Part shown: positions 19,649-28,779 of the stretch, one piece after another | Layout of the letters: every line of letters starts with the position of its first letter | How positions within the stretch are numbered: position 1 is the first letter of the stretch | NCBI GenBank assembly: GCA_016934215.1 | Contig: JAFGTE010000028.1 | Coordinates: 2,672 to 66,671 of the forward strand | Direction of reading: 5' to 3' | Origin: Candidatus Peregrinibacteria bacterium | GTDB taxonomy: Bacteria > Patescibacteriota > Gracilibacteria > UM-FILTER-43-11 | DNA length: 64,000 bases | Position numbers and translations under genes: made by a program | The notes under the pieces: model-generated | Seen by the model: the letters and a program-made list of their open reading frames with translations, nothing else | Databases searched by the model: none | What the model was told of the DNA's origin: nothing

Positions 19649-19993
19649 ATGGAAAAAGAAGTTGTCGACTCCATAGTGCAATTACTTCTCGAAGAAGGGC
19701 TCGTCAGTGATACGGAAGAAGTTGAAAGCAGAATGCGCCTGTGTGTTCAGCGTGCCCGTGAATTAGAAGCGCTGAAAAAATCAGATGAAGATGAATTTAA
19801 CAGATTAATTACATATCTTAAATCGGTGGCTCAGCGGATTGGGTCAGAGGACTCTTTTATGCCTGTCATGGCAATGGCTATACTAGAAGAACTGGAAATT
19901 GACAGCACAAGCGTCGAATCAAGGGAAAAGGTAACCGGGGTACTAAAAACAAGTGGCGCTCCGCCCCTGAGTAAAACTGGTACTAAGAAGTAG
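19649..19993 (+). CDS. small acidic hypothetical protein (family B)
   Basis: 114 aa. IVQLLLEEGLVSDTEEV and AILEELEIDS blocks are shared with ORF 16189. Confidence 0.55.
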   Translation: MEKEVVDSIVQLLLEEGLVSDTEEVESRMRLCVQRARELEALKKSDEDEFNRLITYLKSVAQRIGSEDSFMPVMAMAILEELEIDSTSVESREKVTGVLKTSGAPPLSKTGTKK

Positions 19994-22328
19994 GTTCAAT
20001 GCTATAATAATCAATCAGAAATTCCGCCACTTTCCGGAAAACGGGTGCTGCCGTGGTTGCACCCCAGGTATTTTCACCAATGCGGGGCCGGTCAAACTTA
20101 ACCAGAACCACGAACTGAGGTTTTAAAGCCGGAAAATAACCCGCAAAAGAAGTGATGGTAGATCCGTCACCTGTTTCGTATTTACCGTATTTACCGGCAA
20201 TCTGAGCTGTACCGGTTTTACCGGCAATCAGGTAACCGGGAATGTCGGCAGGGCGGGCGTGGCCGCGGCGTACCACCGAAACCAGCATCGAGGTAATAAT
20301 ACTGGATGTTTCTTCAGAGATGACCCGATAAATAATTTCCGGTTCGGTTTTTATGACTTCTCCGCCGCGAATAACAGAATCAACAATGTAAGGTTGCATC
20401 AGCTTTCCTCCATTGGCGAGGGCTGCCCAGGCAGCCACCATCTGGAGCGGTGTTACGACAATACCCTGACCAAATGAGGTAGTGAGCAGCTGCGCTTTGG
20501 ACCAATGGCTGTAATAATCAACCGCGCCCTTTGTTTCACCCTCTAGTTTGATATTGGTGTATTCTCCGAAACCGAAATCTTTTAAATACTTATACATCAG
20601 ACGCTTCCCCAGCTGCTTGGCGACCCAGGACATCCCCGTGTTCAGGGATTTTTCGAGCACTTCCGTCATAGTCGACTTACCATGATACTGATTGTCCGAA
20701 TTTTTAATCTCAAATTCATCGATATGCAGCGGACCGTTATCATCGAAAGTCGTTTCAGGGGAGACCTCCTTGGCGTCTAACGCAATAGACATAACAATGG
20801 GTTTAAAAACCGAACCTGGTTCATAATATTCACTGATGGTCTTATTTTTGAATACGCCGGGACCAAAACGGTTTTCGTAAATATATTTTTCAATTGTTTC
20901 ATTGGCTATGTCTTCTTCCGTGGCCGGAACATACTGACCACGTTCATCCCGCACAAAGACGGGGGTCGTGGCATAAAACCCATCAGCTTGTTGTTGCTGG
21001 GTTGGCTCAAACGGTTGAAGGGTATAGGATTCCGTATAGATATTCGGGTTGAAAGTCGGGTAATTGGCCATGGCTATAATGGCGCCGGAAAAAGGATTCA
21101 TAATAATGATCTGACCGCTGTCGGCTTTAAAAGCTTCCACATGATGGGCCAGAATTTCTTCCACTTCTTTCTGCACCACCCGGTCAATGGTCAAAACAAT
21201 GGTGTCGCCGTCCACGGCATTAACGATTTTTGTGTCACCTACCGTGATCTGGCGGCCAAAAGGATCACTTTCAGCGTAAATGGCTCCTTTTTTGCCTTCC
21301 AGTTCAATGTTGAAGTAGCCCTCGACACCATATTGCCCGGTATTCTCACGATTAATAAAACCCACCAGATGAGCGCCCAGTTCAGCTTCAGGATAAAAAC
21401 GCCAGTGTTCAGACAAAAGCACAACACCCTTTAAATCAAGTTCTTCAATCATTTTTGATGCTTCAGGAGTCAGTTTGTTCTTCAGAAAGACATAACGCAC
21501 CTGACGACGGGTCAGCTTTGCTTCAATGGAGGAGGGTGTTTCATCGAGGTAAGTCGCCAGGGTTTTGGAAATGAGTGCTAATTTAGATTCAGGAATGAGA
21601 GTCGGGTCTCCGTATATCAGAAAACGATCGGTATCGACAAAAATCCCGGGAAGACGTTCGTTGATAATATCAGCCATCAATTCTTCTTCGGCATCACGCC
21701 GCAAAATCACAAAATCCACTTCTTCTTTGGTTATTTTTTGAAGAATGTCAGTCTGTATTTCCTCAGTCATCTTAGCGTAGGTTTTAAATTCAGTTTCTTC
21801 TTCCTTCACGGTATCGACTTTTTTTGTGGTGCCGGATTCAATATCCCAGATGGTATCCGTCATAATCAGATTCTCCAGACTCTTTTCTTTTTCGATGTCA
21901 TAAAAACACTCCTCAGGTTCCTTTTTGCACGTCTCATACTCTTTTTCGGTAAAAATGATCGGAGCCAGTTTGGTAGCAATTTCCTGCTTGTTCTCAGCCA
22001 CCATAGGGTCAACGTACAGAAGATCAAGGGTAGTATTGGTTGCCAACTTTGAAAGTTCACCGGAATGCGTATCCTTCACGTATATGTCACCCCGCCTGGC
22101 AGGCAGATCAATGGCTCCAAAATGCTGATCCTCAGCGATAGCAATATATTCCGTGTGCCTGAGGATCTGAAGCTGAAATAAACGTATAAAAATAACGGAA
22201 AACACTGCAAAAACAAAAATCATCAAAATGATAATTCGGCTTCGGGTGTGGCCGCCTTTCAAAGTAGCTTGGTACGAAGAATATGAAACATTCCGCATTA
22301 TATTTTGATTTCGGTTAGCGGCTCTCAT
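19983..22328 (-). CDS. penicillin-binding protein 2/FtsI-type transpeptidase
   Basis: N-terminal TM anchor and the transpeptidase motifs SVFK (SxxK), SLN (SxN) and KTGTA. 781 aa. Confidence 0.9.
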   Translation of the reverse strand: MRAANRNQNIMRNVSYSSYQATLKGGHTRSRIIILMIFVFAVFSVIFIRLFQLQILRHTEYIAIAEDQHFGAIDLPARRGDIYVKDTHSGELSKLATNTTLDLLYVDPMVAENKQEIATKLAPIIFTEKEYETCKKEPEECFYDIEKEKSLENLIMTDTIWDIESGTTKKVDTVKEEETEFKTYAKMTEEIQTDILQKITKEEVDFVILRRDAEEELMADIINERLPGIFVDTDRFLIYGDPTLIPESKLALISKTLATYLDETPSSIEAKLTRRQVRYVFLKNKLTPEASKMIEELDLKGVVLLSEHWRFYPEAELGAHLVGFINRENTGQYGVEGYFNIELEGKKGAIYAESDPFGRQITVGDTKIVNAVDGDTIVLTIDRVVQKEVEEILAHHVEAFKADSGQIIIMNPFSGAIIAMANYPTFNPNIYTESYTLQPFEPTQQQQADGFYATTPVFVRDERGQYVPATEEDIANETIEKYIYENRFGPGVFKNKTISEYYEPGSVFKPIVMSIALDAKEVSPETTFDDNGPLHIDEFEIKNSDNQYHGKSTMTEVLEKSLNTGMSWVAKQLGKRLMYKYLKDFGFGEYTNIKLEGETKGAVDYYSHWSKAQLLTTSFGQGIVVTPLQMVAAWAALANGGKLMQPYIVDSVIRGGEVIKTEPEIIYRVISEETSSIITSMLVSVVRRGHARPADIPGYLIAGKTGTAQIAGKYGKYETGDGSTITSFAGYFPALKPQFVVLVKFDRPRIGENTWGATTAAPVFRKVAEFLIDYYSIEPTS

Positions 22329-22379
22329 TCTAACAGAACTTATTTTTTGAGCCTAGAGCATTGAAAAAAAAGAATTTTT

Positions 22380-23006
22380 ATGCTAGAATATACAGATAAC
22401 ACTTTAAAAAAAATGAGATATAAAATCGGCGTCATGGGGTCAGCTCAGGGGCCAACGATAAAAGTCCAGGAAAATATTAAAAAGGCCATTGCAATAGGAC
22501 AAGCTATTGCTGAAGCAGATTGCGTTTTAGTAACCGGAGCCTGTCCCGGACTTCCTGATGAAGCGGCATTTGGGGCTAAAAATAGAGGGGGTATGACAAT
22601 GGGCGTTTCGCCGGCTTTTAGTGAGAAAGAACATATCGAAATGTACCATTCGCCCACGGATAATTTTGATATCATTATTTATACAGGCATGGGCTTAATG
22701 GAGCGCGATCTGATCAATATCAGAAGTTCTGATGCAATCGTTATTCTGGGAGGAGGCATTGGCACTTTAAATGAATTCACGGTAGCTTATGACGACGGTA
22801 AAGTAGTGGGTGTACTGACGGGGACAGGAGGTGTTTCCAATCATATTGATGAAATATTAAAAATCTGTGATCGGGAAGTGACCGAAGGAGTTATTTTTGA
22901 TTCCGATCCAAAGAAATTGATCGAGAAGATTATTAACTATATCAAGGAACACCCCGGACCAACGTTAGAAGATGAACGGGTATTCCAAAGGGGCAAGGGG
23001 GAATAG
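22380..23006 (+). CDS. TIGR00725/LOG-like Rossmann-fold nucleotide-binding protein
   Basis: IGVMGSA...VTGACPGLPDEAAFGA...ILGGGIGTLNEF pattern. The start could instead be ATG 22413. Confidence 0.7.
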   Translation: MLEYTDNTLKKMRYKIGVMGSAQGPTIKVQENIKKAIAIGQAIAEADCVLVTGACPGLPDEAAFGAKNRGGMTMGVSPAFSEKEHIEMYHSPTDNFDIIIYTGMGLMERDLINIRSSDAIVILGGGIGTLNEFTVAYDDGKVVGVLTGTGGVSNHIDEILKICDREVTEGVIFDSDPKKLIEKIINYIKEHPGPTLEDERVFQRGKGE

Positions 23007-23078
23007 GGCAAATTAACTTGCATCGGTAATACAATTCTGGTAACTTATTCCTGCCAGCTTTTTAAGAGTATATAAGCA

Positions 23079-23258
23079 ATGATAAAAAAATATTTGAGAG
23101 AGAGCCTCGCTGAGCTCAACAATGTAACTTGGCCTACTCGAAAACAGGGAATTCGGATCACCACGATTGTGTTTATTTTTATGGTTGTTTCCGCAGCGGT
23201 TTTGGGATTTATGGATTACCTTTTTTCATTGGGGATACGAAGCCTTCTGACTCTCTAA
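23079..23258 (+). CDS. secE: preprotein translocase subunit SecE
   Basis: Not in the ORF track (59 aa): MIKKYLRESLAELNNVTWPTRKQGIRITTIVFIFMVVSAAVLGFMDYLFSLGIRSLLTL. SecE motif (V.WP.R) plus a single TM helix, immediately upstream of nusG. Confidence 0.8.
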   Translation: MIKKYLRESLAELNNVTWPTRKQGIRITTIVFIFMVVSAAVLGFMDYLFSLGIRSLLTL

Positions 23259-23271
23259 TTTAAAATTATTT

Positions 23272-23817
23272 ATGGCTAAACAGGCAAAAAATACAGGCCG
23301 AAACTGGTACGTTCTTCATACTTACTCCGGTTATGAAGATGCTGTGGAAAAAGCCCTCCGGCAGCGTATCGAAGCCTTAAACATGCAAGATTATATTTTT
23401 GACGTTAAAGTACCCAAAGAAACTCAGGTGGTCATAAAAAGAGGGGATCCGGTACAGGAGAAAAAACGAATTTTTCCGGGCTATGTACTCGTGGACATGA
23501 TCGTAACCGATGATTCATGGTATGTAGTCCGAAACACACCTAATGTGACTGGCTTCGTAGGTTCCGGAAATATTCCCGTTCCCGTAACACCGGAAGAATT
23601 CGGCATCATTCAAAAACGAGTTGGCGGTGATGAAGTGACCTTTAAAATCGACTTCAGCAAAGGCGATCATGTCACGATCAATTCGGGTCCTTTTGCCAAC
23701 TACGAAGGAATTATTGACAAAATCGACCCTGAAAAGGGTAAAGTTAAAGTCTTGGTCTCCATTTTTGATCGTGAAACACCGATTGAACTCGACTTTACTC
23801 AAGTAAAGAAAAAATAG
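23272..23817 (+). CDS. nusG: transcription termination/antitermination protein NusG
   Basis: WYVLHTYSGYE NGN domain and a C-terminal KOW domain. 181 aa. Confidence 0.95.
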   Translation: MAKQAKNTGRNWYVLHTYSGYEDAVEKALRQRIEALNMQDYIFDVKVPKETQVVIKRGDPVQEKKRIFPGYVLVDMIVTDDSWYVVRNTPNVTGFVGSGNIPVPVTPEEFGIIQKRVGGDEVTFKIDFSKGDHVTINSGPFANYEGIIDKIDPEKGKVKVLVSIFDRETPIELDFTQVKKK

Positions 23818-24432
23818 ATGAAGAAGGTTTCGCTTGCCATTTTGATTTTAGTTATTTTAGGACTCTTTGCCTTGGCGGATTATTACGCGAATTTACCGGG
23901 AGGTATTCCAAGGCCTTTGTTTAACCTATCGTCCCGACAGGCGGATGAATCAACGATGCCGGAAGCCGTTGAACTGCCTAACATCACAAAGCAAATCCTG
24001 GATCAGGGGGGATTAACGGCAAACTACAAAATTGAGAAACGTACCCGATCAACAGAACTTTTTGAGAGCTTCGACATGAGTGAGCTGGCGAACATCGTCA
24101 TTTACAGAAATATCCTGATTAGTGCAGATGCCGTCGGACAATTGCCGATTCAGGTTTACGAAATTCATGGGCCGAAAGGACAGGGAAGTCTGACGTACCT
24201 TAATATCAAATTGGCCATGATCGAAAAGCTGGATTCTGAGGCCGGTCTGAATGAAACGGGGGATATCGGTTACAACAGCCTCTTTTACAACGATGATAAA
24301 AACCCTTCTACCGGATTTCTGCTGTCACAGGTGGAAGATATCGTCTTCGGATTCAAGTATGATAAAAAATCCCGACCAGCCTTTGACTTTATAAAAAGTT
24401 TAGTCAATAATTACATGCAATCTTTTTCTTAA
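23818..24432 (+). CDS. hypothetical membrane-anchored protein inserted between nusG and rplK
   Basis: 204 aa. Starts on the nucleotide after the nusG stop. N-terminal TM helix, no recognisable domain. Confidence 0.6.
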   Translation: MKKVSLAILILVILGLFALADYYANLPGGIPRPLFNLSSRQADESTMPEAVELPNITKQILDQGGLTANYKIEKRTRSTELFESFDMSELANIVIYRNILISADAVGQLPIQVYEIHGPKGQGSLTYLNIKLAMIEKLDSEAGLNETGDIGYNSLFYNDDKNPSTGFLLSQVEDIVFGFKYDKKSRPAFDFIKSLVNNYMQSFS

Positions 24433-24455
24433 TAATAATTAATTCCTAAATTCCC

Positions 24456-24884
24456 GTGGCACAAAAAGTAATGAAAATCATCAAACTGCAGATTCCCGCC
24501 GGCAAGGCCAATCCTGCACCACCTGTCGGTTCAGCGCTGGGACAGCATGGAGTGAATATCCAGGATTTCTGCAATCAGTTTAACGAAAAGACCAAAGAAC
24601 AGGGGGATACCCTGATTCCTGTTGTTATTTCTGTTTATGAAGACCGTTCCTTCAGTTTTATCACCAAGATGCCACCTGCTTCCACGCTGATTAAAAAAGC
24701 ACTCAATCTGAAAAGCGGGAGCGGTATGCCGCACAAGAATAAAGTAGGCAATCTGACAAAAAAACAGCTTCAGGAAATCGCTGAAAAAAAGATGGAAGAC
24801 CTGAATGCCAACGACATTGAACACGCAATGAATATTATTGCCGGAACAGCCCGCAGTATGGGCATAACGGTAGATGAAAAATAA
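24456..24884 (+). CDS. rplK: 50S ribosomal protein L11
   Basis: [27 protein letters not shown] signature. GTG start. Confidence 0.95.
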   Translation: MAQKVMKIIKLQIPAGKANPAPPVGSALGQHGVNIQDFCNQFNEKTKEQGDTLIPVVISVYEDRSFSFITKMPPASTLIKKALNLKSGSGMPHKNKVGNLTKKQLQEIAEKKMEDLNANDIEHAMNIIAGTARSMGITVDEK

Positions 24885-24940
24885 TTTATTATTTGTGGGA
24901 CCCGCCGCGGCGGGGTTTGGACCACGCAACTCACCTAACT

Positions 24941-25639
24941 ATGAAACGAGGTAAAAAGTATGCCGACGCGGTTAAAAAGTTGGCGAAAAAAGATAGTTAT
25001 ACGCTATCTGAAGCACTCAAGCTTCTTAAAGAAACCAATATAGTCAAGTTCGATGCCACGGCAGAACTTCATTTGAATCTGAACATAGACCCTGCAAAGG
25101 CTGATCAGGTCATTCGCGGCACGATCAATCTGCCGCATGGTTCCGGAAGAAAGGTTCGCATTGCTGCGATCGTGGGAGACGACAAAATAAAGGCCGCCAA
25201 AGCGGCTGGCGCAGAGGAAGCCGGACTGGAAGATCTGATTGCGGAATTTGAGAAAGGAAAAGTCAATTATGACGTCATTGTGGCAACCCCCGCGACGATG
25301 AAACAACTGGGTAAAGTGGCTAAAATTCTGGGGCAAAAAGGTCTTATGCCCAATCCGAAAGCCGGTACCGTAACGGATAAAGTGGAAGAAACCATCAAAG
25401 AACTCAAGGCGGGCCGCTTAGAATACCGCAACGACAAAGAGGGCAATGTGCATACCATCTTCGGAAAACTTTCGTTTAAGGAAGAAGAACTGGAAAATAA
25501 TCTGAAAGCATATCTCCGTACTATTCGCGATTCTAAACCATCAGCCGTTAAGGGCTCTTTCATCAAGTCTGTCACCATAACCAGTACGATGGGCCCAGGG
25601 ATCAGGCTGGATGTGAATGAAGCCCTTAAGGCACTGTAA
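24941..25639 (+). CDS. rplA: 50S ribosomal protein L1
   Basis: MKRGKKY... L1 N-terminus. The track start at 24893 was rejected because it reads through a GC hairpin. Confidence 0.93.
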   Translation: MKRGKKYADAVKKLAKKDSYTLSEALKLLKETNIVKFDATAELHLNLNIDPAKADQVIRGTINLPHGSGRKVRIAAIVGDDKIKAAKAAGAEEAGLEDLIAEFEKGKVNYDVIVATPATMKQLGKVAKILGQKGLMPNPKAGTVTDKVEETIKELKAGRLEYRNDKEGNVHTIFGKLSFKEEELENNLKAYLRTIRDSKPSAVKGSFIKSVTITSTMGPGIRLDVNEALKAL

Positions 25640-26197
25640 ATGATGTATCAAACGTCAAAAAAGGCAATCGACCCTCATCGTCCTAAAATAACAAGTTTGA
25701 TTCTTGCTAGGGATATCTGGGAAAAGCAGGAAATCTTACGCGTTTTTGAGGACCAGAAAATGCACCCTACCGTAAAGATTACAAGAATCGATAAAGCCAT
25801 GCCATTACCTAAGTATGAGACAGAAGGTTCGGTAGGTTTTGATTTAGCTTCCCGGGATGATGTGATGGTGAAACCGGGTGAGATAAAGCTGATTCCGTCG
25901 AACGTGATCATTGAAGTACCGAAAGGATATGCTCTGATCCTTGCTGCCAGAAGTTCCACGCCAAAAAAATTCGGCCTGATGAAACCACATGGAATAGGCG
26001 TGATCGATCTGGATTATTGCGGACCTGAAGATGAGATAAAGATTCAGGTATACAATTTCACAAATGAGGCTGTCGAAATAAAAAAGGGGGAAAAGATCGC
26101 TCAAGGCCTTTTTATGCGTGTTGACAGACTTGAGTTTGAAGAAGTGAATAAAATAGAAAAAAAATCCCGCGGGGGCTTCGGTTCGACTGACGCTTAG
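25640..26197 (+). CDS. dut: dUTP diphosphatase
   Basis: GSVGFDL motif and C-terminal SRGGFGSTD (dUTPase motif V). The 40 aa N-terminal extension is uncertain; alternative ATG at 25760. Confidence 0.85.
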   Translation: MMYQTSKKAIDPHRPKITSLILARDIWEKQEILRVFEDQKMHPTVKITRIDKAMPLPKYETEGSVGFDLASRDDVMVKPGEIKLIPSNVIIEVPKGYALILAARSSTPKKFGLMKPHGIGVIDLDYCGPEDEIKIQVYNFTNEAVEIKKGEKIAQGLFMRVDRLEFEEVNKIEKKSRGGFGSTDA

Positions 26198-26245
26198 GAG
26201 ATCCCCCCGAAGCATCATCAAAGAAAAACCGCTCGCATTCAGAAC

Positions 26246-26806
26246 CTAAAAGAGTGAAAGCTGTTTAAACTCCTTGCGGATAAATAAATAGGCAGCGGCA
26301 ATCACCAAAGTAGCCAGTAAAGTGACAAAAGCCCCGAACTGATAACTGCGTTTGATTTCAACGAGCTCATAATCCACGTTGCTCAGCACAAATTCCGTCT
26401 GACTGAGGGAATTGTACATGTCGATTTTGAGCTGAATAAAATTCTTTACATCCATCAGTGTATTTTTTTCGAGCGGAATGGGGGAACTGACCACAAAGAT
26501 GATGTTCTGTCGTTCCTGAATATGGGCGTAGATGCCGGTCCCTTCCGGCAGGCCGGCTTTCTGCTGAAGGTCGGGCAGAAAACTGGGAAACTTCAGCCAG
26601 CCAATCATCGTCTGGCCGAAATAATGGGCCGCTTCATTCAGTTTATGAAGATCTTCCGATTTATGGCGCACTGCGGTTGTCGCGTAAATGCGTCCTTCAT
26701 AGCTGGGCTTGGTAAAACCCGGACTGGCCAATGCAAAAATAATCTGGCCTATAAGGACCATGATCAGAACGAGATTGATTTCTTTTTTGTGCAGAGAAAG
26801 CTTCAT
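26246..26806 (-). CDS. hypothetical membrane protein (TM helix at each end, Wzz-like topology)
   Basis: 186 aa. N- and C-terminal hydrophobic helices flank a soluble domain. Confidence 0.55.
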   Translation of the reverse strand: MKLSLHKKEINLVLIMVLIGQIIFALASPGFTKPSYEGRIYATTAVRHKSEDLHKLNEAAHYFGQTMIGWLKFPSFLPDLQQKAGLPEGTGIYAHIQERQNIIFVVSSPIPLEKNTLMDVKNFIQLKIDMYNSLSQTEFVLSNVDYELVEIKRSYQFGAFVTLLATLVIAAAYLFIRKEFKQLSLF

Positions 26807-26807
26807 A

Positions 26808-28256
26808 TCAATTGGAAAGAGTCTTTTTTAAGAGCTCATTATATGCCTGTGCGGCAAGATTTCCAATAGAACCTGAGCTGTCCAGATCGTAAGCCTTTTG
26901 AAATACTTCCAGAGCCATATTATCGCGGCCTTGGCTTCGGTATAGATTGCCAAGATTGTAATAAGCGGCCGCCAGATTCGGATCAATCGCCAGAGCCCGT
27001 TTCAGATTCTTTTCCGCATCCTGGTCTTCACCCAGTCCGGCATAACTCCAGCCCAGCAGATTATAACTCATGGCTGAATCGGGAAAGGTGAGCGCAGCCG
27101 TTTCAGCTAATTTCAAAGCTTTCTGTGGCTGATTGATAAAATCAAGATAGAGCCAGATGGGACGCACAAAGGAACTGACATCATCTTTGCTGAGGTCAAG
27201 AACCTTTTCATAAGCTTCCGCAGATTTTTCATAATTTTCCGTTTCAAAATAAAGGTCGGCCAAATGACGGTAGACCACCAGGGCAGGTTCAAAATCATTT
27301 GAAAGCGCAAAATTGAAAAAGACAATAGCATCTTCAAAATGACCGAGTTCTTTGTGCGTGACCCCCAGAAAATACTGGGTCGTTGGCCATTCGGAATCCA
27401 GACTATAAGCTTTTTCAAAGGCCGTCAGGGCAAACTGGTATTTTTCAAGATTCAGATAAGCAAAACCAAGCAAAATCCAGCCGTCACGAAGATCACCCCG
27501 TTCGCGCAAAACCTCCTTTAAAAGGTGAACGGCCATCTCATACTCCGTTACTTTGTTAAAACTCCTGGCCAGCAGCTCAGAAAGATAAAGTTCTTCCGCA
27601 GCCTTGGTAAAACTAAATTCGCGGTAAGCCTCAAGGATCATGTTTATTTTGGTACTCAGATCCGGATCATTTGATGCAACCGCAGCTTCCTTCAGATATT
27701 TTTGCGCCAATTCATGATTCCCGAAAAGCGCGCTTAAAAGCCCCTTATAGTAAGTAACTCGTGGATCCGGAGCTGCGGTAACAGGGTAGCTGTCCAGTAA
27801 ATTCTTGGCCGTATCAAAATCACTCAGTTTAATATAGATGCGAATCATATCAAACCGTGTTTCCGGATGATCCGGATTGATCTGCAGAACCAGTTCGGCA
27901 TTACTGAGGGCTTTTTTGTAATTTCTCAGCTCAAGATGAGTTTTAAGCAGTTTCAGGTAGGGGTCAATACGATTGGGCTCCAGATTGGCCGCCCGTACAT
28001 ATTGATTAGAAGCAAAGGTCAGAAATCCCCGCTCAAAATAATAATCACCCTTCTCCAAATATTCCTCATAAGTCAGATTCAGTTCTTCTTCAGGTTCATC
28101 CGTCTGGGGCAGAAGCGGGAGGACGCGTTCCTCTTCCTTTTCAAAAAGGCTCAAAATGCCCTCTTTGGTCAGTTCAATTCCCTGCCAGGCAAGAACACTG
28201 GCCGTCACCAAAAAGGCCAGAAGAATAGCGGAGATGAAGGCGAGAAATTTACGCAT
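26808..28256 (-). CDS. tetratricopeptide-repeat protein
   Basis: N-terminal TM helix or signal plus many 34-aa TPR units (A..Y..A/L...P patterns). 482 aa. Confidence 0.85.
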   Translation of the reverse strand: MRKFLAFISAILLAFLVTASVLAWQGIELTKEGILSLFEKEEERVLPLLPQTDEPEEELNLTYEEYLEKGDYYFERGFLTFASNQYVRAANLEPNRIDPYLKLLKTHLELRNYKKALSNAELVLQINPDHPETRFDMIRIYIKLSDFDTAKNLLDSYPVTAAPDPRVTYYKGLLSALFGNHELAQKYLKEAAVASNDPDLSTKINMILEAYREFSFTKAAEELYLSELLARSFNKVTEYEMAVHLLKEVLRERGDLRDGWILLGFAYLNLEKYQFALTAFEKAYSLDSEWPTTQYFLGVTHKELGHFEDAIVFFNFALSNDFEPALVVYRHLADLYFETENYEKSAEAYEKVLDLSKDDVSSFVRPIWLYLDFINQPQKALKLAETAALTFPDSAMSYNLLGWSYAGLGEDQDAEKNLKRALAIDPNLAAAYYNLGNLYRSQGRDNMALEVFQKAYDLDSSGSIGNLAAQAYNELLKKTLSN

Positions 28257-28303
28257 TTTGGGTATTTAATCGAAATGAGTCTATCAAATTCTGGAAGCTG
28301 ATT

Positions 28304-28777
28304 CTAGCGATTATGAAGCCGTGCCGTCAAGAGTGCGATGCCGAGCGCATCGGCTGCGTCGTGTGGTTTCGGAAGCTTCGAAAGTCCTAAAAGCCGCTTC
28401 ACCATCTCCTGCACCTGCGTCTTATCCGCTGAACCGCTGCCGCACAGATTGTTTTTTATTTCGCTGGGCTTCATTTCATAAATCGGGAAACCTTTTTCAT
28501 GAGCCTCCGCCAGAATCACGCCTCTGGCCTGGGCCACTTTGATGCCGTTGGTGATATTTTTCACAAAAAAGAGCTCCTCGATGCCCACTGCTTCGTACTT
28601 ATGAAGCCCCAGGATCTCTCTGATATCGTGTTTGATCATAATCAGCCGCTCCGGCATCTCCTGACTGGGTAATGTTTTAATAATCCCGCAGTCAACATAC
28701 TGAGGCTCACCTTTTTTAACTTCAATAATTCCAAAGCCCACTTCCGATAGCCCTGGATCGATTCCGAGATAGTACAT
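28304..28777 (-). CDS. ruvC: crossover junction endodeoxyribonuclease RuvC
   Basis: YLGIDPGLSEVGFGII N-terminus and C-terminal HDAADALGIAL. 157 aa. Confidence 0.95.
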   Translation of the reverse strand: MYYLGIDPGLSEVGFGIIEVKKGEPQYVDCGIIKTLPSQEMPERLIMIKHDIREILGLHKYEAVGIEELFFVKNITNGIKVAQARGVILAEAHEKGFPIYEMKPSEIKNNLCGSGSADKTQVQEMVKRLLGLSKLPKPHDAADALGIALLTARLHNR

Positions 28778-28779
28778 AA

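Noticed and set aside
24893-24940. Upstream TTG/ATG start for rplA given by the track.
   Set aside because: It translates a GC hairpin into MWDPPRRGLDHATHLT, which is absent from L1 proteins. The canonical MKRGKKY start is at 24941.
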